From the NCBI GenBank assembly GCA_963838415.1, contig CAWIRB010000007.1, positions 16,621 through 80,620 on the forward strand: 64,000 nucleotides of DNA, written 5' to 3'. The number at the start of each line of letters is the position of its first letter. Within the stretch, counting starts at the first letter, position 1. Both the position numbers and the translations under genes were made by a program. The DNA comes from an uncultured Acidobacteriaceae bacterium (lineage in GTDB: Bacteria; Acidobacteriota; Terriglobia; Terriglobales; Acidobacteriaceae). Below are positions 48,260 to 56,932 of this stretch, piece by piece. Below the pieces are notes generated by a model. The model saw only the letters and a program-made list of their open reading frames with translations. It did no database searches and had not been told where the DNA came from.

Positions 48260-48328
48260 GTAGACACGAGATCGTAGACACGAGATCGTAGACACGAGAT
48301 CGTAGACACGAGATCGTAGATCGCAGAT
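48260..48328 (+). repeat. 14-bp tandem repeat GTAGACACGAGATC, ~4.5 copies, each containing GATC
   Basis: Read directly between flp and cpaB. Confidence 0.9.
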
Positions 48329-48382
48329 ACAGGTTCATCGCGGCGAACAAAGCAGCGCGGAACTCACGCCGGAAGGAGCGGA

Positions 48383-49216
48383 ATGAACCGAAGCCGTTTG
48401 TTGATGATCGGAGGCTTGGCCCTGGCCGTCGGCCTGCTCGTCAGCTTTACCGTCTATAACTACCTGCGGAACTCGGCAGGATCCAGGGGCAATGAGCCCG
48501 GAGTGCCCGTCGTCGTTGCTGCCGACGATATTCAGGTCGGAACCAAGTTGGATACTCACGACGTCCGCGTCGTCACTCTGCCCCAGTCCGCTGTACCCCC
48601 AGGAGCCTATTCGGCGCCCTCCAAGGTGCTCGGCCGCGGAGCTGTCATGCCCATGAGCGCTGGCGAGTTTATTCTGCCCTCGAAACTCGCCGCGCTCAAC
48701 GCCGGCGCTGGCCTCCCCTCCATGATCCCCCAGGGTATGCGCGCCGTCTCGGTGCGGGTCAACGACGTGGTCTCGGTCGCCGGCTTTGTCCAACCCGGCA
48801 CCCGCGTGGATGTCCTGGCCACGGGCGGTCAAGGCGCCAACGACCGTCAGACCACTACCGTCCTCGAAAATGTCGCCGTCATCGCCGTGGGCAAGAGCCT
48901 CGACCGGAACGCCACCGCCGACGCCCAGACCGCCCCTGTCATCACGCTCCTCGTATCTCCGGACGATGCCCAGAAGCTCGCCCTGGTTTCCCAGGAAGGG
49001 CGAATTCAGTTGTCTTTACGGAATCCGCTGGATACAAAAAAAGGAGGCATTGGCGCCACCCGGACCAGTTCGCTCTATCTGGGTGAGACGCCCGTCGCGA
49101 CCGAGAGCAAACCCAAGCCTCACAAAGTCATAGCAAAAGCTGCGCCGCCGCCACCTGCAGCTCCTTACCAGGTTGAAATGATTCGTGGCAGCAAACGGGA
49201 TGAGACCAAGTTTTGA
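48383..49216 (+). CDS. cpaB: Flp pilus assembly protein CpaB/RcpC
   Basis: N-terminal TM, SAF-like domain, and position after flp. Confidence 0.85.
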   Translation: MNRSRLLMIGGLALAVGLLVSFTVYNYLRNSAGSRGNEPGVPVVVAADDIQVGTKLDTHDVRVVTLPQSAVPPGAYSAPSKVLGRGAVMPMSAGEFILPSKLAALNAGAGLPSMIPQGMRAVSVRVNDVVSVAGFVQPGTRVDVLATGGQGANDRQTTTVLENVAVIAVGKSLDRNATADAQTAPVITLLVSPDDAQKLALVSQEGRIQLSLRNPLDTKKGGIGATRTSSLYLGETPVATESKPKPHKVIAKAAPPPPAAPYQVEMIRGSKRDETKF

Positions 49217-49322
49217 GCCCTCGATACCGCATCCAATCGCGTCCGCGCACTTCGATGGATCTGTATTCGATGGACCTGTCTTCGATGAATTTACTCGTGC
49301 AACCTCATAGAGGTCCGAATTC

Positions 49323-50789
49323 ATGAAAGCTCTTACATGGGTCGCAGCCGCTCTGCTTCTCGGTGCGACAACGACAACGATGTTCGCCCATGCCTTGGTC
49401 CTCGACGAAAAGCCGAATCCGGCCGCTGCTTCGGCTTCTTCCCCGACCCCGACTCCCCAGACTCCTGCCAATGCGCCTGCCGACCAATCCTCGACCACAG
49501 CCACCATGTCATCCGGCCAGGGAGTTACCGCTGGGGCAGCTCCTCTGCGGGTCATGGTCGGGAAGTCCCTCCTCATTAACACTACCGAGAGACTGAAACG
49601 CGTTTCCGTCACCGACCCCACCGTTGCCGATGCCTTGGTCGTCACCCCGACCCAGGTCCTGGTCAATGGCCTCGCCCCGGGCGAAGTTTCTCTCCTCATC
49701 TGGGATGAACTCGAGCGCTCTCGCAGCTTCGATCTCCGCGTCGACGTCGATATCACCGCCGCTTCCGAAGAGATGCATCGCCTCTTTCCCGACGAGCAGA
49801 TCAGCGTCACTCCGTCGCGCAACGCCATCGTCATCTCCGGTCACGTAACCACCGAAGACGTCTCCAAGCATGCCGGCTTGCTCGCCTCGGCTTATTCCAA
49901 AAACGTCGTGAACGTGCTCACCTTCGGCCCCGTTGGCACCGACGAAGTGCTTCTGGAAGTCAAGTTTGCCGAAGTCGATCGCACCGCCCTCACCCAGCTC
50001 GGCATCAATGCCTTTTCCACCGGCTCCGGAAACACCATTGCCAGCACCACCACCGGCCAGTTCGGCGGAATCACCACCGGCGGCATCACCAATTCAACCA
50101 ACAGTAACGGCACCGGAACCGCCTCCACCACCACCACCATCTCCAACTTACTCAACATGTTTTTCTTTAACCCCCAGGTTCACCTCGGGGCGGTGATCCA
50201 GGCTCTGCAGTCGCGAAACTTGTTGCAGATCCTCGCCGAACCCAACCTCGTCGCCCTCAATGGCAAGGAAGCCAGTTTCCTGGCCGGCGGCGAGTTTCCT
50301 TTCCCCGTGGCCCAGCAAAACGCCAGCGGCATCGCCACCGTCACCATTCAGTTTCGCGAGTTCGGCGTGCATCTGAAGTTCACCCCCGTAATCCAGCCCA
50401 ACGGCAACATCCACCTGCACGTGGCTCCCGAAGTCAGTACCCTCGACTTCGCCAACGCCGTCACCGTCGCCGGAACCACCATTCCCGCCATCAGCACCCG
50501 CAAAGCCGATACGGAATTCGAACTGCAGGATGGCCAGAGCTTTGTCATCGCCGGCCTCATCGATAACCGGGTTACCGACATCGCGAACAAAATTCCCGGG
50601 CTGGGCGATATCCCCATCCTGGGCAATTTCTTTAAGAGCAAGAGCGCACAAAAAACAAACTCGGAATTAATGGTTCTGTGCACCGTGCGCCGGGTTTCCC
50701 CCAGTACTCAAGCACCCAAAGGTCCTCAGAACCCGGAACCCTATCTCGATCAGGGCAAGTTCGACAAGAAGCCCGGAATTATTAAGTGA
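49323..50789 (+). CDS. cpaC: Flp pilus secretin CpaC/RcpA
   Basis: Signal peptide, pilus N-terminal/BON-like region, and secretin C-domain (..GGEFPFP...IPGLGDIPILGNFF..). Confidence 0.85.
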   Translation: MKALTWVAAALLLGATTTTMFAHALVLDEKPNPAAASASSPTPTPQTPANAPADQSSTTATMSSGQGVTAGAAPLRVMVGKSLLINTTERLKRVSVTDPTVADALVVTPTQVLVNGLAPGEVSLLIWDELERSRSFDLRVDVDITAASEEMHRLFPDEQISVTPSRNAIVISGHVTTEDVSKHAGLLASAYSKNVVNVLTFGPVGTDEVLLEVKFAEVDRTALTQLGINAFSTGSGNTIASTTTGQFGGITTGGITNSTNSNGTGTASTTTTISNLLNMFFFNPQVHLGAVIQALQSRNLLQILAEPNLVALNGKEASFLAGGEFPFPVAQQNASGIATVTIQFREFGVHLKFTPVIQPNGNIHLHVAPEVSTLDFANAVTVAGTTIPAISTRKADTEFELQDGQSFVIAGLIDNRVTDIANKIPGLGDIPILGNFFKSKSAQKTNSELMVLCTVRRVSPSTQAPKGPQNPEPYLDQGKFDKKPGIIK

Positions 50790-50863
50790 TCATCGTGCTC
50801 CAGACCGGATCGAAAGTTGAAGGCTCCCGTTGGAGCCTCTAGAAAGGGGGTTGAGAAAACGTC

Positions 50864-52036
50864 ATGCCGGAATTATCAGTAGCCGTATTCGCCACCGATC
50901 AGGACCAGCGCGCCGTGCTTCAGGTTCTCGTGGACGGCACCAGCGTGGCCCAAACCGTTTGCAGCAGCCCCACCATGCCCCTCGCCGCCACCGATCCGGT
51001 CATCCGCCGAACCCGAGGCTTTGCCCCCGACGTTATTCTGATCGATATCGCCTCCGATGGCGTCACTGCGGCCCTGCGCGCCGTCGAGTTGCTTCACCAG
51101 GAACTTCCCGATGCCGCCCTCTTCGCCATTGGCCCCATGACTCAGCCTCAGTTGATCGTCAGCGCCATGCGCGCCGGTGTGCGCGAATACATCGAACGCC
51201 CCACCACCACGACCGATCTCCTCGAAGCCTTTGTTCGACTCACCGCCACCCGCCGCAAGCCCGGGCGCGAGAGTTCCCGCGGAAAAGTGTTCACCATCGT
51301 GAACGCCAAGGGCGGCAGCGGCGCCACCACCGTCGCCGTCAATCTTGCCCTCGCCTTGCAGTCCATCCACCACGCCACCGCGCTGGTCGACTTGGCTCCC
51401 CTCGGACACTGCGCCTTGCATCTCAATCTCAAGCCCGCTTTCACCATCTCCGATGCCCTCACCAACCTGCACCGCCTCGATTCTTCCCTGCTTGACAGCT
51501 TCATGGCCCACCACGATCGTGGCTTGCAGGTCCTCGCGGGACCGTCGATTCCCACCGCCATCGAGCCTTCCGCTTCCGACTTTGCCCGGCTCTTTGACAC
51601 CATGGTGGGCCACTTTCATTACATCGTCGTCGACGCCTCATCCCGGCTCGACAGCGCCACTCGCCTGGTCAGCAATCTGTCCGAGAAAATTCTCCTCATC
51701 GCTCACGCCGATGTCGCTTCCCTCTGGAGCGCCGGACGAGTCGCCCAATATCTCGGGGACAGCGGCTCGCGCGACCGTTTCGCCCTGGTCTTGAACCGTT
51801 ATCGCAAAGTGGCCGGCTTCAACGAAGCCGAGACCGAAGCCGCCATCGGAGCCCCCGTCCTCTGGCGAATTCCCAATCAGTATTTCGCCGTCTCGGCCGC
51901 CATTGATCGCGGCGTTCCCGTCATGCAGCAGGGGGCTTCCGATATTTCCCGCTCCATCTCCGGGCTCGCCGAATACTTGACCAAGGACGACCTGGAAGTG
52001 AAACGCACCGCCTGGTCATTGTTTAAGACCGTGTAG
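50864..52036 (+). CDS. cpaE: CpaE/TadZ-like pilus assembly ATPase-like protein (REC-like N-domain plus MinD/ParA fold)
   Basis: Deviant Walker A NAKGGSGATT. Confidence 0.8.
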   Translation: MPELSVAVFATDQDQRAVLQVLVDGTSVAQTVCSSPTMPLAATDPVIRRTRGFAPDVILIDIASDGVTAALRAVELLHQELPDAALFAIGPMTQPQLIVSAMRAGVREYIERPTTTTDLLEAFVRLTATRRKPGRESSRGKVFTIVNAKGGSGATTVAVNLALALQSIHHATALVDLAPLGHCALHLNLKPAFTISDALTNLHRLDSSLLDSFMAHHDRGLQVLAGPSIPTAIEPSASDFARLFDTMVGHFHYIVVDASSRLDSATRLVSNLSEKILLIAHADVASLWSAGRVAQYLGDSGSRDRFALVLNRYRKVAGFNEAETEAAIGAPVLWRIPNQYFAVSAAIDRGVPVMQQGASDISRSISGLAEYLTKDDLEVKRTAWSLFKTV

Positions 52037-52156
52037 AACGGATGAGCGTTAATTCGCAGCTCTTGGAGATTTGTTAATTGTGCAATTTGGTAGGTTGATT
52101 ACAAAATTATCAGATTACAAAATCCTTCGAGTCGAAACTAAGAACACCCTGGAATT

Positions 52157-53452
52157 ATGGCCAATCTGCAAGCTTTCGAACGCGGCGACTACCAGCAGGT
52201 CAAGGCTGACCTCCATCGCAAGATCCTCGATCGCCTCGATTTGGAAAAACTCGGCCGCTCGACCGGAAACTCCGCCCGCGAGGAAGTCCTCATCCTCATC
52301 CGCAGTTCCGTCAACAGCGAGGCTGTGCCCCTCAGTTTCGCCGAACGCGAGCAGTTGTCCCGCGAAATCCTCGACGAGATTTTCGGCTTGGGTCCGCTCG
52401 AACCCCTGCTCAAGGATCCCACCATTTCCGATATTCTCGTCAACCGGTTCGATCGAGTCTATGTCGAGCGCGCCGGCAAACTGGAAATCACCGGCTTGTC
52501 GTTCAAAGACAACCAGCACCTGATGCAGATCATCGACCGCATCGTTTCCCGTATCGGACGCCGCGTCGATGAATCGTCCCCCATGGTCGACGCCCGCCTC
52601 CAGGACGGCTCCCGCGTCAACGCCATCATTCCCCCGCTGGCGCTCGACGGCGCTTGCCTCTCGATTCGCCGTTTTGGCCGCGATCCGCTCACGGCGCGCA
52701 ACATGATCGACAACATGACCTTGACCGAGCCTATGCTCGAACTCCTCTCCGCCATGGTCAAGGGCCGCCTCAACCTCATCATTTCCGGCGGAACCGGCGC
52801 CGGCAAAACCACCGTCCTCAACGTCCTTTCCGGCTACATCCCGAACTCCGAACGCATCGTAACCATCGAAGACGCCGCCGAATTGCAACTCAAGCAGGAA
52901 CACGTCGTCCGCCTCGAAACCCGTCCTCCCAACATCGAGGGCAAAGGCTCCGTCCGCATGCGTCAACTCGTCATCAACAGCCTCCGTATGCGCCCCGACC
53001 GCATCGTCGTCGGCGAGGTGCGCGGCGAGGAAGCCTTTGACATGCTGCAGGCCATGAATACCGGCCACGAAGGTTCGCTTACCACCGTCCACGCCAACTC
53101 CCCGCGCGACGCCCTCTCCCGCATCGAAAATATGGTGTCCATGGCCAACCTCAATATTCCCGAGCGCGCCATTCGCCATCAGATCGCCAACGCCGTTCAC
53201 GCCGTCGTCCAGGTCGCCCGCCTCTCCGACGGCTCGCGCAAAATCATCACCATCTCCGAGGTCACCGGAATGGACGGCGAAATGATCACCTTGCAGGACG
53301 TCTTCATGTTTGACCGCAGCGGCATTGACGAGAGCGGTAAGGTCCGCGGCGTCTTCCATTCCACCGGACACCCGCCCCATTTCGCCGAACGCCTCGCCAC
53401 CGCCGGCTGCCGCCTCAGTCCTGCCATCTTCGAGTCCCGGATGGAGGTCTAG
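52157..53452 (+). CDS. cpaF: CpaF/TadA secretion ATPase
   Basis: Walker [10 protein letters not shown], Asp/His boxes, ..VGEVRG.E... Confidence 0.9.
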   Translation: MANLQAFERGDYQQVKADLHRKILDRLDLEKLGRSTGNSAREEVLILIRSSVNSEAVPLSFAEREQLSREILDEIFGLGPLEPLLKDPTISDILVNRFDRVYVERAGKLEITGLSFKDNQHLMQIIDRIVSRIGRRVDESSPMVDARLQDGSRVNAIIPPLALDGACLSIRRFGRDPLTARNMIDNMTLTEPMLELLSAMVKGRLNLIISGGTGAGKTTVLNVLSGYIPNSERIVTIEDAAELQLKQEHVVRLETRPPNIEGKGSVRMRQLVINSLRMRPDRIVVGEVRGEEAFDMLQAMNTGHEGSLTTVHANSPRDALSRIENMVSMANLNIPERAIRHQIANAVHAVVQVARLSDGSRKIITISEVTGMDGEMITLQDVFMFDRSGIDESGKVRGVFHSTGHPPHFAERLATAGCRLSPAIFESRMEV

Positions 53453-53455
53453 CGC

Positions 53456-54421
53456 ATGACGTTCTTGATCGCCTTGCTCGTATTTATCGTGGTCACGCTG
53501 GCCGTCTTTGCCGGAGTCTCCCTGTACGACCAGCGCAAGGCCCAGGCCCGCGTCCTTCGCGACCGCCTCTCCGCTACTCAGAAACCAGCCGAACAAGCCA
53601 CCCCCGACCTGGCTCTTCTGCGCGACGAAGTCCTCAGCCGCATTCCAGCTTTCGACACCATTCTCCGCCGCTCCGACCGCGTCTCCCAACTGCAAAAAAT
53701 TCTGGCTCAGGGCAGCGTCGATGTGCGCGCTGGAAACTTCCTCATCCTTTGCGGCCTCTCCGCTCTGGCCTTGGCCGCCATCGCGTTCTTCGCCGGGGGC
53801 AACCTCCTCTTTGGATGGGCCGGCGCTCTGCTTGGGTTTTTCCTCCCCTACGCCTATGCCTCCCATATGCGCACCAAGCGCTTTGCCAGATTTGAGGAGA
53901 AGTTTCCCGAAGCCATCGACACCCTCGCTCGCGCCGTTCGCGCCGGACATGCTTTCACCACCGCCCTCGAAATGATCGCCAACGAAGTCGCCGAACCCGT
54001 CGCCGGAGAATTTCGCCAGCTCTACGAAGAACAGAAATTCGGCCTGCCCGTTCGCGACGCCCTGCTCAACCTCGCCGACCGCGTCCCCCTCGTCAACGTC
54101 AAGTTCTTCGTGACCGCCGTCATGTTGCAGCGCGAAACCGGCGGTAATCTCGCCGAAATTCTCGACAACCTCTCTTACGTCATTCGCGAACGCTTTAAAA
54201 TCCTGCGCCAGGTCCGCGTCCACACCGCTCAGGGACGCCTCACCATGGTCCTCCTCATGGCCTTGCCCCCCACCATTGTCGTCCTCATGCTTTTCCTGAA
54301 TCCAGGCTTCATTCGTCCGCTGTTTACCGACCCCATCGGCCACGCCCTGATCGTCGGAGGCATCACGCTGCAAACCATGGGCTACTTCGTGATTCGCAGA
54401 ATTATCAGAATTCAGGTGTAG
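53456..54421 (+). CDS. tadB: TadB (T2SS-F family) inner-membrane platform protein
   Basis: T2SSF-type helical domain, and position. Confidence 0.85.
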   Translation: MTFLIALLVFIVVTLAVFAGVSLYDQRKAQARVLRDRLSATQKPAEQATPDLALLRDEVLSRIPAFDTILRRSDRVSQLQKILAQGSVDVRAGNFLILCGLSALALAAIAFFAGGNLLFGWAGALLGFFLPYAYASHMRTKRFARFEEKFPEAIDTLARAVRAGHAFTTALEMIANEVAEPVAGEFRQLYEEQKFGLPVRDALLNLADRVPLVNVKFFVTAVMLQRETGGNLAEILDNLSYVIRERFKILRQVRVHTAQGRLTMVLLMALPPTIVVLMLFLNPGFIRPLFTDPIGHALIVGGITLQTMGYFVIRRIIRIQV

Positions 54422-54439
54422 AAGATTGAGGTGTACAAA

Positions 54440-54478
54440 CTGAGAACCGCGAACCGAGAACTGAGAACCGAGAACTGA
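54440..54478 (+). repeat. heptamer array CTGAGAA CCGCGAA CCGAGAA CTGAGAA CCGAGAA CTGA
   Basis: Read directly. It fills the tadB-tadC gap and ends 3 nt before the tadC ATG. Same heptamer family as 30769-30840. Confidence 0.85.
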
Positions 54479-54481
54479 TTC

Positions 54482-55387
54482 ATGACGCTGGCCCTTGCAC
54501 TCTCCATCTTCGTTTTTCTCACCATCGTGGTGATCGTCTTCGCCTTCGGAGCCGCCACCTTCGCGCCCTCCTCCGTCCTCGGATCCCGCCTGCGCGAAAT
54601 CGGCTGGCAGCGCCCCAAGTCCGAGGCCAAACCCGCCATCCGCGAACGCATGCAGCAGGCGCTCGATCCCCTCAGCCGCGCCTTGCCCCTTTCCTCCGCC
54701 AACGTCTCCCAGACCCGTCTCTGGCTCATTCAGGCCGGCTATCGCAGCCCGCAACACGTCACCATCTATCGCGGTTTGCGCGTCCTCTTCGCCGCCCTCG
54801 GCTTCGTCTCCGTCTTTGCCTTCACCGGATTCAGTTCTCCCCTGCTCCTCCTGGGCGTAACCGCCTTCGGCTTTTTCATTCCCCGCTTCCTGCTAAAAAA
54901 GAAGCTGCAGGAAAGGCAGCGCCGCATTCGCCTCGGCCTTCCCGATGGCCTCGATTTAACCGTGATCTGCGTCGAAGCCGGCCTGTCTCTCGATCAGGCC
55001 ATGATGCGCGTCGGCGAAGACCTGCAAACCGCCCATCCCGAACTGAGCGCTGAATTCCATCTCTTCGACCTCGAAACTCGCGCCGGAAAGCCCCGCGTCG
55101 AGGCTCTCCGCAACCTCGCCGAACGCACCGGCGTCGACGACATTCGCTCCCTCGTCGGAACCCTCATTCAAACCGACCGCTTCGGAACCAGCGTCGCCCA
55201 GGCCCTCCGCGTCCATTCCGACTCGCTGCGCACCGAACGCCGCCAGCGCGCCGAAGAACAGGCCGCCAAGACCACCGTTAAAATGATCATCCCCCTCGTC
55301 CTGTTCGTCATGCCCTCCCTCATTTTCGTCACCGTCGGCCCCGCCGTAATTCAGTTGCTCCATATATTCATGCCGGCCAAACGCTGA
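54482..55387 (+). CDS. tadC: TadC (T2SS-F family) inner-membrane platform protein
   Basis: T2SSF-type domain. Paralogue of tadB. Confidence 0.85.
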   Translation: MTLALALSIFVFLTIVVIVFAFGAATFAPSSVLGSRLREIGWQRPKSEAKPAIRERMQQALDPLSRALPLSSANVSQTRLWLIQAGYRSPQHVTIYRGLRVLFAALGFVSVFAFTGFSSPLLLLGVTAFGFFIPRFLLKKKLQERQRRIRLGLPDGLDLTVICVEAGLSLDQAMMRVGEDLQTAHPELSAEFHLFDLETRAGKPRVEALRNLAERTGVDDIRSLVGTLIQTDRFGTSVAQALRVHSDSLRTERRQRAEEQAAKTTVKMIIPLVLFVMPSLIFVTVGPAVIQLLHIFMPAKR

Positions 55388-55429
55388 GCAGATCTGTTAT
55401 GGGTGATTTGTAATTTGTAATTCTATTTA

Positions 55430-55448
55430 AGAGCGGCACCGCCGCTCT
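55430..55448 (+). terminator. hairpin AGAGCGGC-ACC-GCCGCTCT downstream of tadC
   Basis: 8-bp GC-rich stem with only a short T tract after it. It is embedded between inverted heptamer arrays. Confidence 0.45.
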
Positions 55449-55502
55449 CCCGGCTTTCAAATTGCAAATCACAAATCGCCAATTACAAATTGAGGCTCGT
55501 CC

Positions 55503-55904
55503 ATGCCACCGCGCCAGCCCAAGGGATACGCTTTCAACCGTACTCGCACCACCTATCTCGCGACCAATCTCATCGTCGCCCGTACCCACTGGTCCCGTTT
55601 CCGCGGCCTCATGGCCACCGATGCCTCCCAGTTCTCCCCCGGCCAGGGCCTCTGGATCAGCCCTTCCCGGGGAATCCACACCTTCGCCATGCGTTTTCCC
55701 ATCGACGCCGTTTACCTTGACCGCGAACGTATCGTGATTCATATTGAAGAGGACCTCAAACCCTGGCGTCTGGCCGCCATTCGCGTCCACGCCGCTTCCG
55801 TGCTTGAGATTCCAGCCGGCACCGTCCGTGAATCCCTGACCGCTCTCGGCGACCAGGTCGACATCTCTTTCGAAGAACGCCCAATCCACACCGAAGCCGC
55901 CTGA
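55503..55904 (+). CDS. DUF192-like protein
   Basis: ..RGLM.......G(L/M)...P..GIHTF.MRFPID.V(Y/F)LD.. pattern. Confidence 0.6.
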   Translation: MPPRQPKGYAFNRTRTTYLATNLIVARTHWSRFRGLMATDASQFSPGQGLWISPSRGIHTFAMRFPIDAVYLDRERIVIHIEEDLKPWRLAAIRVHAASVLEIPAGTVRESLTALGDQVDISFEERPIHTEAA

Positions 55905-55964
55905 AGCAAGTGAAGAAGTGACAAGAGATTGAAAGGCCGCAAAAGTGGAAGGCGAAACGTTGAA

Positions 55965-56010
55965 GGTGCCCCAGGTTCGCGCCCGTCCTTTGGGCGCTAA
56001 CCTGGGAGCC
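55965..56010 (+). repeat. REP-like hairpin element
   Basis: GGTGCCCCAGGTTCGCGCCCGTCCTTTGGGCGCTAACCTGGGAGCC. Confidence 0.9.
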
Positions 56011-56040
56011 GGAGCCAAGGCGCGCTCACCGTGGACGAAG

Positions 56041-56718
56041 TTACTTGGGCCGCAAAAACACCCTCTCACCTCCGCCGTACGCCTTTCGTTCCCGATCTCC
56101 AGCTGTCCACTCCGATTCGATCTCCACCGCCCCAATCTCGCGCAGCGCATAATGCCGGAAGCTGCTCCACTTCCACTCCTCAGGCCTTAGAACCAGCCCC
56201 CGCTTCACCGGATTGCGGTGAACGTATCGCAGCTTAACCGTAAACTCCTCGTAGTCGCGTACATTTCGATCATAGTAGCGTTTCTCCCAAAAGGATCCCG
56301 ATGTTGGGTGCCCCAGGTTCGCGCCCGTCCTTTGGGCGCTAACCTGGGAGCCCGAGGATCGAAAGCGTCGAACCCGTTTAGCGAAAGACAATTTCAGATA
56401 GTGCATTGCCTCGGCCAACGTAGCCGAGTCGGAAAGGTGCCCCAGGTTCGCGCCCGTCCTCTGCGCGCTAACCTGGGAGCCCCGGGAGGAGCAATCGCGG
56501 GCGAAGGCGGCAGGCTCACTCAACAGCAGATGAACATGCTCCGGCATGACAACGTACCCATAAACGCTGACATCGAAACGGAGGCGCATATCCTCCAGGC
56601 ATCGAACGAACAGATCGAACACCTCGACGGTTGCGAAATAGGGACAACGGCGGTAACAACTAAAAGTTACAAAATGGCATTGCCCGGATTCGTGAAAGCG
56701 CCGGAGACCGCTGGGCAT
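56041..56718 (-). CDS. REP-associated tyrosine transposase (RAYT; IS200/IS605 Y1 HUH family) with two REP-encoded in-frame inserts
   Basis: HUH motif VMPEHVHLLL, FWEKRYYDRNVRD, and catalytic-Tyr motif RYVHRNPVKRGL. The peptide GSQVSAQRTGANLGH occurs twice and is encoded by REP copies. Confidence 0.8.
   Translation of the reverse strand: MPSGLRRFHESGQCHFVTFSCYRRCPYFATVEVFDLFVRCLEDMRLRFDVSVYGYVVMPEHVHLLLSEPAAFARDCSSRGSQVSAQRTGANLGHLSDSATLAEAMHYLKLSFAKRVRRFRSSGSQVSAQRTGANLGHPTSGSFWEKRYYDRNVRDYEEFTVKLRYVHRNPVKRGLVLRPEEWKWSSFRHYALREIGAVEIESEWTAGDRERKAYGGGERVFLRPK
56307..56351 (+). repeat. REP-like hairpin element inside the RAYT CDS
   Basis: Identical core to the flanking copies. Confidence 0.9.
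56436..56481 (+). repeat. REP-like hairpin element inside the RAYT CDS (inner stem altered)
   Basis: Core reads ..GTCCTCTGCGCGCT.. instead of ..GTCCTTTGGGCGCT.. . Confidence 0.9.
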
Positions 56719-56803
56719 GAGCCAAACTTACGCTGCGCAGTAACTCTGGGAAAGTACACGATCGTGGGTATGACTGAACCGGCGGGTGGGCACGACGCAC
56801 GGT

Positions 56804-56869
56804 GCACGGTGCCCCAGGTTCGCGCCCGTCCTTTGGGCGCTAACCTGGGCGCTGTCGGGCACACTACCT
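56804..56869 (+). repeat. 66-bp REP-containing direct repeat, left copy
   Basis: GCACGGTGCCCCAGG...CTGGGCGCTGTCGGGCACACTACCT is identical to 58473-58538 and 58655-58720. Confidence 0.9.
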
Positions 56870-56932
56870 GCGTGTGAGCAAGACATCGACTATTATCCTT
56901 ACGGCGGCGTTGAGTAGGACTACTGTCCGGTC

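Larger units (their letters stand above)
55965..56869. mobile_element. REP/RAYT unit: RAYT gene flanked by and containing same-orientation REP hairpins
   Basis: REP copies at 55965-56010, 56307-56351, 56436-56481 and 56808-56850, around and inside CDS 56041-56718. Confidence 0.7.

Noticed and set aside
52115-54757. 880-aa ORF on the minus strand opposite cpaF/tadB
   Set aside because: It lies entirely antisense to two well-supported genes. The composition is Gly/Asp/Glu/Ala-rich with no motifs, as expected of a GC-rich shadow ORF. The same reasoning applies to 1229-2101(-), 2473-3768(-), 6699-7871(-), 10152-10805(-), 35774-36991(+), 41766-42932(+), 44562-45602(+), 50876-51619(-) and 62559-63317(+).
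55945-56877. Plus-strand ORFs 55945-56190 and 56218-56877 (and 58418-58621) containing VPQVRARPLGANLG
   Set aside because: The shared peptide is simply the REP hairpin translated. The ORFs overlap the RAYT gene antisense or lie in the tandem duplication.
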